Source: a virus
Taxonomy: Duplodnaviria > Caudoviricetes
Reading direction: 5' to 3' (one strand)
IMG/VR virus record: IMGVR_UViG_3300011113_000415
Length of the DNA stretch: 64,000 nucleotides
The notes beneath the pieces were generated by a model, which searched no databases, was not told the origin of the DNA, and was given only the letters and a program-made list of their open reading frames with translations. Below are positions 57,566-64,000 of this stretch, piece after piece. Position numbers and translations under genes: made by a program. Within the stretch, counting starts at the first letter, position 1. The number at the start of each line of letters is the position of its first letter.

Positions 57566-57626
57566 CAATCAGTTGTTGAGCGATAGCGAAACAACAGACT
57601 TGCGTAGCAAGTCTTGAAACTGATTG
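57566..57626. repeat. Nested inverted repeats (three-way junction/cruciform), possibly also a terminator for the minus strand
   Basis: Outer CAATCAGTT/AACTGATTG (9 bp), arm AGACTTGC-GTA-GCAAGTCT (8 bp), arm GTTG...CAAC containing GC-GATA-GC; T-tract on the minus strand. Confidence 0.8.
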
Positions 57627-57633
57627 AACAATC

Positions 57634-57870
57634 TTAGAAAAATGGTAAGCCCGATTTTTTTGTTGTCTCTAAATTCTCTTTGATTAAACTGCCAATTGCT
57701 TCTCGATCGCTGGAACTCAAGGCCATGGCTTGGTCATAGGTTAATCCTCCCCGCATGTACCAACTGAATTTTATTGCCTCTTGTTTGATCTGTTGACATT
57801 CCTTGTCCATGGTCTCTATCAACTGATTGATTTCCTGGGGATCTGAGATCAGGAGGCGTCCCCGAAAAAA
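57634..57870 (-). CDS. gp51-like baseplate hub assembly chaperone segment, probably reached by -1 frameshift (or an internal ATG at 57810)
   Basis: WYMRGGLTYDQAMALS..DRE.I..LIKENLE resembles the gp51 pattern; in the -1 frame of the upstream gene. Confidence 0.65.
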   Translation of the reverse strand, partial: FFRGRLLISDPQEINQLIETMDKECQQIKQEAIKFSWYMRGGLTYDQAMALSSSDREAIGSLIKENLETTKKSGLPFF

Positions 57871-58688
57871 CTTGCCATGTCCAAGGTAAAGGGTTGTGCG
57901 TACTGGTGACTGCATTCTGTGCAGGTCAACTCAACTGGTTTGATCTCACTGGCTTGTTTGAGACTGATGGCATGATCTCTCAGTTGAGCAAATGTTCTGC
58001 TGTCACAGTTGCGTAAGAATTCCAAAATGTGATCAACTTCAGTCACCAGTGCATCTGGTGTCTTGATGGCGCCAATGCTTTGAGCAATGGTTTTGAGCGT
58101 GAGTTCATTGATGATCTTCATACTCCGGTTCAACTGCTCCAGTTTAGCAGTTTCTTCGATTTGATCACTGTCAATGCTTCTCAAGGCCTGTTGCTGTTCA
58201 AACTGTGTTTGATTGTTTTGATTGACGTCTCGGTAGTTGATGGGTCGGAAATAAAATTCAAGATTACCCAAGGCCAGGCTCTTGTCATAGTCTCCAGGAC
58301 GTATTTGATCATTGATGGCTCGTAGATCTAGTGTGAGATCTTCGTTGTGATTGCAACTGGGGCAGGTGCTGGCAATGTCCATGCCATGGCCAAAACTGGC
58401 AATTCTTATGGCCACCAACACAGCGTCAATGTCAGTGCTGGGCATGGCCCAAGGGTCTCTAATGCTGGGCACACAACTCTGGATCACACTCACAATGGCT
58501 GATCCGTTGAACAAGGCATCAGGTGTGCGATAGGTTATTTCATCTACTGCTGTCATGGGCAATACAGGCAATTCGCCATTGGGCGGCATGTTTAAACTGC
58601 CTGTAGGGTAGAATTTGCCTCCTGAAGGCAGTCTAATGTGTATTGCAGGTTGTCTAAAGTACTGACTGAGGGGGTTTGGTTGTTGCAT
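57849..58688 (-). CDS. gp26: Baseplate hub assembly protein, T4 gp26-like
   Basis: LPSGGKFY, PMTAVDE, D.DAVLVAIRIASFG, CPSC and CTEC zinc-binding pairs. Confidence 0.75.
   Translation of the reverse strand: MQQPNPLSQYFRQPAIHIRLPSGGKFYPTGSLNMPPNGELPVLPMTAVDEITYRTPDALFNGSAIVSVIQSCVPSIRDPWAMPSTDIDAVLVAIRIASFGHGMDIASTCPSCNHNEDLTLDLRAINDQIRPGDYDKSLALGNLEFYFRPINYRDVNQNNQTQFEQQQALRSIDSDQIEETAKLEQLNRSMKIINELTLKTIAQSIGAIKTPDALVTEVDHILEFLRNCDSRTFAQLRDHAISLKQASEIKPVELTCTECSHQYAQPFTLDMASFFGDAS
57864..57870 (-). promoter_or_regulatory. Putative -1 ribosomal frameshift heptamer T TTT TTC
   Basis: agT TTT TTC four codons before the stop of the gp26-like gene, correctly phased X XXY YYZ. Confidence 0.65.
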
Positions 58689-58700
58689 ATTTTTCTCCGG

Positions 58701-58712
58701 TAAATATAATTA
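58701..58712. promoter_or_regulatory. Back-to-back late-type elements: TAAATA (+, 58701-58706) and palindromic TAATTA (58707-58712)
   Basis: Only 23 nt separate divergent starts 58688 and 58712; GGAG SD for the minus-strand gene. Confidence 0.5.
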
Positions 58713-60853
58713 TGGCCACATCCTTAACCCCAGAAGAAATTCAAGCCGCATTTGATCAATTCAATACAGAATTCAATCGAACTGGCAAAGTCAGTAAAGA
58801 AACAGCAGAAGCCTTTGCTGATGCCAAAGCCGGCATCAAAAACTATACCTATCAACTGAATCTCAGCCTAAAACAACTGGGCACTTCCATGTTGAACTTT
58901 GGCGAGTCCCTGAAAGACGGCAAACAAGGTGCATCGGTCTACAACGACAGTATCCAAGCAGGTGCCGACGCAATTGATGCATTTGCTGCCAAATTTGGTA
59001 TCTTGGGCAGGATCATTGGTGGCTTGGCCACAGCCGGTGCTAGATATGTGGTAGAAGTCAACAAGCAGAGTGACAAACTGTTCGAAAGTTATCAGTCACT
59101 CAGCAAGTTTGGTGCTGCCAGTGCTTCGGGCATGAGTGGTGTGTTCCAAAGCATGCAGGACTTTGGCTACAATATTGAACAACTGGGCGACTTTGGTAAT
59201 CTTATCAAACAAAATGCCGAATCATTGGCCTTGATGAGTGGCACGGTAAATCAAGGCACTCGAGTGTTCACTGACGTGGCCAAAGGAATTCAGAGAAGCG
59301 GCCTGCAAACAGAATTCCTGCGCATGGGCATGACCGTGAATGATATCAATTCGGGCATGGGCGGTTATTTGAGAATACAAACATTAACAGGAGCCGCACA
59401 GCGCAAGACCACAGGCGAACTCACACAAGGTGCCGCAGAGTATATCAAAAATCTGGATCTGTTGTCTAAACTCACAGGCAAAAACGCAGAAACAATTCAA
59501 CAAGAACGCGAAGCCAGAATGATGGAACAGCGATTTGTTGCTGTGCAAATGGAACTAGAAGACAAAGCCGCACAGGCCAGACTTGCTGGTAATGAGGCAC
59601 AGGCCAAGGCATTTGAAACACAAAAAGCATTAAATGATGAACTTATAGACAGGGCACCAACACAAGAACTGAAAACAGCAATTATAGGTGCTATGACCGG
59701 ATTTGCAGGCACCAACAAAGAAGCAGAAAAACTTTTGAGAACTGCACCAGTGGCATTTCAAGCAATAGCCAGACAAAGTGGCGAGGCTCCGGGTGCAATA
59801 CTTGACATGATTGGTACAGAAGGACAACAAAGAAGGCGCGAATTTACGGGATTGGGTAAAGTTGGTGGATTTGACGATGTGTTTATTCAATTGGGATCAA
59901 TTAACAAACTTCGCAAAGACAATCTTGAGCAAGAAAAGATAGCCGCAGAAGAGGCAAAAGATCAAAGGAAAAATTTAGACAAGGCCACAGAAGCACAGGT
60001 AGGATTGCGTCAGGAACAGATGGAAGCAACTCGTGCGCTTCAGACCTTTATCAATCAAGGTGTAAATCGTACCACCAGGGCTATGTCAAATCTCAGTGGT
60101 GCTATTGAAACTGTAACTAGCAAAATACCCGGCACAGGTACTACCACAGGCACCACGGGCACTGGACGGGGTAACGAAGCAGTGGGTGGCACAGCCAGCA
60201 TGGTCAATCAGACCACTACCATACTGAATCAGGCTGGTCAAGTGGTGGAACAGCGTCAAGGTGGCAACCGCAACTGGCGCAACAACAATCCAGGCAATAT
60301 TGAATACGGACCTTTTGCGATCAGCATGGGTGCCACTGGCAGTGATGGCAGATTTGCTATATTCCCTACCATGGACATGGGATACAAAGCCGCTGATGCA
60401 CTCATGAAAGGCAAGAACTATCAAAATCTCAGCATTGCTGATGCAATCAAACGCTGGGCTCCTCCTAATGAAAATGATACCAGAGCCTATCAACAGAGAT
60501 TCCAGGCAGCAGGATTTGATCTAAACAAACGCTACAGTGACCTTTCTCCAGTAGAACAACGCAGGTATTTAGAAACCAAGATGATGGTAGAAGGGGGCAA
60601 AGCAGGCACAGTCACAGCAGGCCCTGGAGGCACAATGTCGGGACCTGTTGACCGTTATGCATCTTCGTTGAGAAACGTGGACACCAATATAGCCAGTGCC
60701 CAGGCCTCAACTGAAACTTCATCTGCAATCAACAATGCTAGAAATCAAAATGATCTAATTGTGATACAAATAGCCAAAATGGATGAACTGATTGGGCTTA
60801 TGAAAGCCAATAATTCTATCAACAGCAAGATACTGCAACGAGCCCGGAACTAA
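58712..60853 (+). CDS. Tape measure protein with C-terminal NNPGNI lysozyme-like domain; start moved to ATG 58712
   Basis: Long Ala/Gln/Gly-rich helical region; RNNNPGNIEY...GRFAIF...G.KA...Y...IADAIKRWAPPNENDT..Y. Confidence 0.7.
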   Translation: MATSLTPEEIQAAFDQFNTEFNRTGKVSKETAEAFADAKAGIKNYTYQLNLSLKQLGTSMLNFGESLKDGKQGASVYNDSIQAGADAIDAFAAKFGILGRIIGGLATAGARYVVEVNKQSDKLFESYQSLSKFGAASASGMSGVFQSMQDFGYNIEQLGDFGNLIKQNAESLALMSGTVNQGTRVFTDVAKGIQRSGLQTEFLRMGMTVNDINSGMGGYLRIQTLTGAAQRKTTGELTQGAAEYIKNLDLLSKLTGKNAETIQQEREARMMEQRFVAVQMELEDKAAQARLAGNEAQAKAFETQKALNDELIDRAPTQELKTAIIGAMTGFAGTNKEAEKLLRTAPVAFQAIARQSGEAPGAILDMIGTEGQQRRREFTGLGKVGGFDDVFIQLGSINKLRKDNLEQEKIAAEEAKDQRKNLDKATEAQVGLRQEQMEATRALQTFINQGVNRTTRAMSNLSGAIETVTSKIPGTGTTTGTTGTGRGNEAVGGTASMVNQTTTILNQAGQVVEQRQGGNRNWRNNNPGNIEYGPFAISMGATGSDGRFAIFPTMDMGYKAADALMKGKNYQNLSIADAIKRWAPPNENDTRAYQQRFQAAGFDLNKRYSDLSPVEQRRYLETKMMVEGGKAGTVTAGPGGTMSGPVDRYASSLRNVDTNIASAQASTETSSAINNARNQNDLIVIQIAKMDELIGLMKANNSINSKILQRARN

Positions 60854-60856
60854 CAC

Positions 60857-60862
60857 TAAATA
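60857..60862 (+). promoter_or_regulatory. Late-type promoter (C)TAAATA for the portal gene
   Basis: 7 nt before ATG 60870; no SD. Confidence 0.6.
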
Positions 60863-60869
60863 ACACACT

Positions 60870-62648
60870 ATGGCTGGATGGCGAAAATATTTCAAAGTGG
60901 CTGACCTCTCAGGTCAGATGAGCCCAATTTCGGGCGGCAGAGATTCAGGACTGCCGGGTTATCCCCGCAACGATGGCCGCGGAACCAATCTGGCACAGAC
61001 AGATTTTGCGTTTCGCAACTATGCATCACGACTGCCAGAAGTGTACTCAGGACACCCAAATCGTATCGAACGCTACAATCAGTATGAAAACATGGATGCT
61101 GACTCCGAAGTCAATGCCTGTTTGGACATTATTGCTGAGTTCTCTACACAACTCAGCGAAGACAACAACACGCCTTTTGAAATCAACTACAACGACGAGC
61201 CCACTGATCATGAAATAGAGATTATTCGCAAGCAGATGCAACAGTGGACCAAACTCAATAAACTGGATCAGCGCATCTTCAAACTGTTCCGCAATACCAT
61301 CAAGTACGGTGATCAAGTGTTTGTGCGTGACCCCGAAACATTTGAAATGTACTGGGTGGATATGAGCAAGGTCAGCCGAGTGATTGTGAACGAATCCGAA
61401 GGCAAACGTCCAGAGCAGTACATCATTCGTGACATCAATCCCAACTTCCAGAATCTAACTGTGGCAGCCAAGACCACCACAGACTTCATGGTCAACCCAC
61501 CCACAGGCGGTGGCTACAATCAAGGCTCGGGCTATACCATGCCCAATACTGCCATGACAGGCACCAGCAGATTCAGCCGTGCTGTGAACGAAACCTGTAT
61601 TGATGCCAAACACGTGGTGCATCTAAGTCTTAACGAAGGCTTGGACACATTCTGGCCCTTTGGCAAATCCATACTTGAAAACATTTTCAAAGTATTCAAA
61701 CAAAAAGAACTGTTGGAAGATGCCTTGTTGATCTATCGTGTACAACGTGCTCCTGAGCGCAGAGTGTTCAAGATTGATGTGGGCAACATGCCATCACACT
61801 TGGCTATGGCCTTTGTGGAACGTGTGAAAAACGAAATGCACCAGCGCAGAATTCCCACATTTGGTGGCGGTGGTGGCAATATCATGGATAGTAGTTACAA
61901 TCCGCTATCAATCAATGAAGACTTCTTTTTCCCAACAGGTGCAGACGGACGTGGCTCATCAGTAGATGTGTTGCCCGGCGGTCAAAATCTAGGCGAAATC
62001 GACGATTTAAAGTATTTCAACAATAAAATGGCCCGTGGTTTGCGTGTGCCTAGCAGTTATTTGCCCACTGCTCCCGATGATTCTGAGCGCACCATGCAGG
62101 ACGGCAAAGTGGGCACAGCATTGATTCAAGAGTACAGATTCAACCAGTATTGTGAGCGATTACAAGCACTAATCATGCAGAAACTGGATGACGAATTCAA
62201 GATGTTCCTGCGCTGGAGAGGCTTCAACATTGACGCTGGCCTGTTCCAACTGCGATTCAATCCGCCACAAAATTTTGCCAGTTACCGTCAAGCCGAGATG
62301 GACACAGCACGTATCTCTAGTTTTACCAGCCTAGAGCCCTTGCCCTACATGTCAAAACGCTTTATGCTAGAGCGTTTCTTGGGTCTCAGCAAGGACGAAA
62401 TTGAACGCAACGAAACCATGTGGCGTGAAGAACGTGATCAGCCTGAACTGCAAACCACACAGGGACAGGATCTACGTTCAATTGGCATCACCCCAGCCGG
62501 CATGGAAACTGATATTGCCACTGGTGAAGAAATGGCCAACTTACAGGCACCTGGAGCAGAGGGTGCTGTATCAGCCGCCCCTGCTGGCGCTGTAGGAGGA
62601 ACTATTCCCGGTGTTCAAGCACCGGCTGCCACACCCGCAGGATTATAA
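60870..62648 (+). CDS. gp20: Portal vertex protein, T4 gp20-like
   Basis: LEDALLIYRVQRAPERRVFKIDVGNMP, EDFFFP, LPGGQNLGEIDDLKYF, RVPSSYL. Confidence 0.95.
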   Translation: MAGWRKYFKVADLSGQMSPISGGRDSGLPGYPRNDGRGTNLAQTDFAFRNYASRLPEVYSGHPNRIERYNQYENMDADSEVNACLDIIAEFSTQLSEDNNTPFEINYNDEPTDHEIEIIRKQMQQWTKLNKLDQRIFKLFRNTIKYGDQVFVRDPETFEMYWVDMSKVSRVIVNESEGKRPEQYIIRDINPNFQNLTVAAKTTTDFMVNPPTGGGYNQGSGYTMPNTAMTGTSRFSRAVNETCIDAKHVVHLSLNEGLDTFWPFGKSILENIFKVFKQKELLEDALLIYRVQRAPERRVFKIDVGNMPSHLAMAFVERVKNEMHQRRIPTFGGGGGNIMDSSYNPLSINEDFFFPTGADGRGSSVDVLPGGQNLGEIDDLKYFNNKMARGLRVPSSYLPTAPDDSERTMQDGKVGTALIQEYRFNQYCERLQALIMQKLDDEFKMFLRWRGFNIDAGLFQLRFNPPQNFASYRQAEMDTARISSFTSLEPLPYMSKRFMLERFLGLSKDEIERNETMWREERDQPELQTTQGQDLRSIGITPAGMETDIATGEEMANLQAPGAEGAVSAAPAGAVGGTIPGVQAPAATPAGL

Positions 62649-62651
62649 ATA
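62644..62651 (+). promoter_or_regulatory. Perfect T4 late promoter TATAAATA
   Basis: Exact T4 consensus, 4 nt before ATG 62656. Confidence 0.7.
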
Positions 62652-62655
62652 CAAC

Positions 62656-62874
62656 ATGATCCTGAATGAAATTTACGAGCGTGCGCCCAAAGGCTATCAA
62701 GATGTTGCGGCAGACAACACACAGCCCCACCTGGGTCAACTGCGTAAAACCAAACTCACACTCAAGCAGTTGAACAAACTGCGCCGTATGCAAGATACTC
62801 GCACCTATGAGTATGCGGAAAAACTCAAACTGATCCGCAAACAGTATGCACCGCCAGCACAGCCTGCGATGTAA
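62656..62874 (+). CDS. Small basic head-module protein (72 aa); start moved to ATG 62656
   Basis: MILNEIY...RKTKLTLKQLNKLRRM; lies between portal and scaffold. Confidence 0.7.
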   Translation: MILNEIYERAPKGYQDVAADNTQPHLGQLRKTKLTLKQLNKLRRMQDTRTYEYAEKLKLIRKQYAPPAQPAM

Positions 62875-62924
62875 AAAAACTGTCATTTATTGCAAAAAAC
62901 CCACCATAAACCGCATAGTTTTTG

Positions 62925-62965
62925 CCTATAGTGTAAATATAGGTATAGATCTGCCATGAGGGCAG
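62925..62965 (+). promoter_or_regulatory. Late promoter TAAATA (62934-62939) inside inverted repeat CCTATA/TATAGG, followed by a CTGCC/GGCAG leader hairpin
   Basis: Read directly; AGGAG SD before ATG 62997. Confidence 0.5.
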
Positions 62966-62996
62966 GACTACCCAACACACCCTTTAGGAGACATGA

Positions 62997-63821
62997 ATGA
63001 GCAAGAACCAGTTTGAACAATTGATCGAATACGTGATCAATGACGAAGAAGCCAAGGCCAAAGAACTTTTCCACCAAATTGTTGTGGCCAAGAGTCGTGC
63101 TATCTATGAAGACCTCATGGATGAAGAAGCCGAAGAACAAGAAGAAAGCATTGAAGAAGACAATGCCATGGGTGAAGAGCCTGTTGAAGTTGACACAGAC
63201 ATGAGCGAAAGCCTTGGTGGAAGCCAAGCCCAAGACATGATCGACGACGTGGAAATGGAAGAACAAGGCATGAGCGAAGATGACAGCGAATTCGACGATG
63301 AAGCAGAAACTGCCGGCAAAGATCTAACACACGACATCGAAGATGCACATGACGAAGGTGATCTTGAAAATCGCGTGGTTGATTTGGAAGACAAACTAGA
63401 CGAACTCATGGCAGAATTTGAAGCCATGATGGACGGTGGTGACGCCAAAGACATGGACGACACACCCGACATGACCGATCTTGAAGTGCAAGACGACGAG
63501 TTTGAAACTGAAGGCGCCATGCCCATGGAAGAAGCCATCAATCTCAAGCAAGTACACCCAAAGACTACAACAGCCGAAGAAGGTGGTACCAACACCAAGT
63601 CAACAGTGGCATTCAACAGCGGCAAGACAGGCATGGCAGGCGCACCAGTCAAAATGACCGGTGACACAGCACAAGGTCGTCCTGCTCCAACTACCAAGGA
63701 CTTGATTGGCAAAGTGGGCAACACACCTGCTCAAGGCACACAAGATCCCAAGGCCGCACCCAAGCCAGTGACATCACAAGCCGCAGGCGTGAACACACGT
63801 TCACCATTGCCAAAGGCCTAA
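62997..63821 (+). CDS. Acidic prohead core/scaffolding-like protein
   Basis: Very Glu/Asp-rich N-terminal two thirds; located between portal and prohead protease. Confidence 0.65.
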   Translation: MSKNQFEQLIEYVINDEEAKAKELFHQIVVAKSRAIYEDLMDEEAEEQEESIEEDNAMGEEPVEVDTDMSESLGGSQAQDMIDDVEMEEQGMSEDDSEFDDEAETAGKDLTHDIEDAHDEGDLENRVVDLEDKLDELMAEFEAMMDGGDAKDMDDTPDMTDLEVQDDEFETEGAMPMEEAINLKQVHPKTTTAEEGGTNTKSTVAFNSGKTGMAGAPVKMTGDTAQGRPAPTTKDLIGKVGNTPAQGTQDPKAAPKPVTSQAAGVNTRSPLPKA

Positions 63822-63826
63822 TCTAA

Positions 63827-64000
63827 ATGAGATATCTACAAGAGCATTTGAACTTCAATCAGGCCAAGATTCGCGTCTTGGTCGAAGATGCTCCTGACGG
63901 CAAAGGCCCATTCAATGGCAAGAACTTGTACATGGAAGGCATCTGTATCGAAGGCGGAGTAAAGAACGCCAACGAACGTGTGTACCCTGTGCATGAAATT
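63827..64000 (+). CDS. gp21: Prohead core protease, T4 gp21-like (3'-truncated by the window edge)
   Basis: Translated by hand: ...LYMEGICIEGGVKNANERVYP, matching the gp21 N-terminal motif. Confidence 0.85.
   Translation, partial: MRYLQEHLNFNQAKIRVLVEDAPDGKGPFNGKNLYMEGICIEGGVKNANERVYPVHEI

Noticed and set aside
57200-57630. Group I or group II intron, tRNA, tmRNA or CRISPR array in the non-coding region
   Set aside because: No P/Q/R/S elements, domain V, cloverleaf/T-loop or regularly spaced direct repeats are visible, and no interrupted host gene flanks the region
63104-63724. 206-aa Ser-rich minus-strand ORF
   Set aside because: Antisense shadow of the Glu/Asp-rich scaffold gene

Overview
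This 64-kb window comes from a large T4-like tailed dsDNA phage (contractile-tail myovirus); the host cannot be determined from the sequence. The T4-type hallmarks are the late sigma factor gp55, the gp47/gp46 nuclease-ATPase pair, baseplate genes (gp6, gp25, gp5, gp53/LysM-like, tube-initiator-like, gp26/gp51-like), a tape measure, portal gp20, a scaffold-like protein and the start of prohead protease gp21. Positions ~0.2-21.7 kb hold an unusually large tailoring cluster: an NDP-sugar epimerase/dehydratase, a DegT-type PLP aminotransferase, a NodU/CmcH carbamoyltransferase, about 7 glycosyltransferase-like ORFs and 7 nearly tandem radical SAM genes that all carry an N-terminal Twitch/SPASM-like domain. 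Positions 22-50 kb are the minus-strand tail/baseplate module, which includes a 4204-aa protein. Positions 50-57 kb hold gp55-gp47-(AT-rich island)-gp46, an eighth radical SAM gene and a GIY-YIG nuclease followed by ~430 nt of densely structured non-coding sequence. Features I found by hand that the ORF track misses: a -1 frameshift heptamer joining the gp26-like and gp51-like ORFs, 33-aa and 48-aa small ORFs, a probable ATT start codon, two head-to-head genes sharing one CATG, and late-type promoters placed for leaderless mRNAs. All functional calls come from motif recognition by eye; no database search was run.
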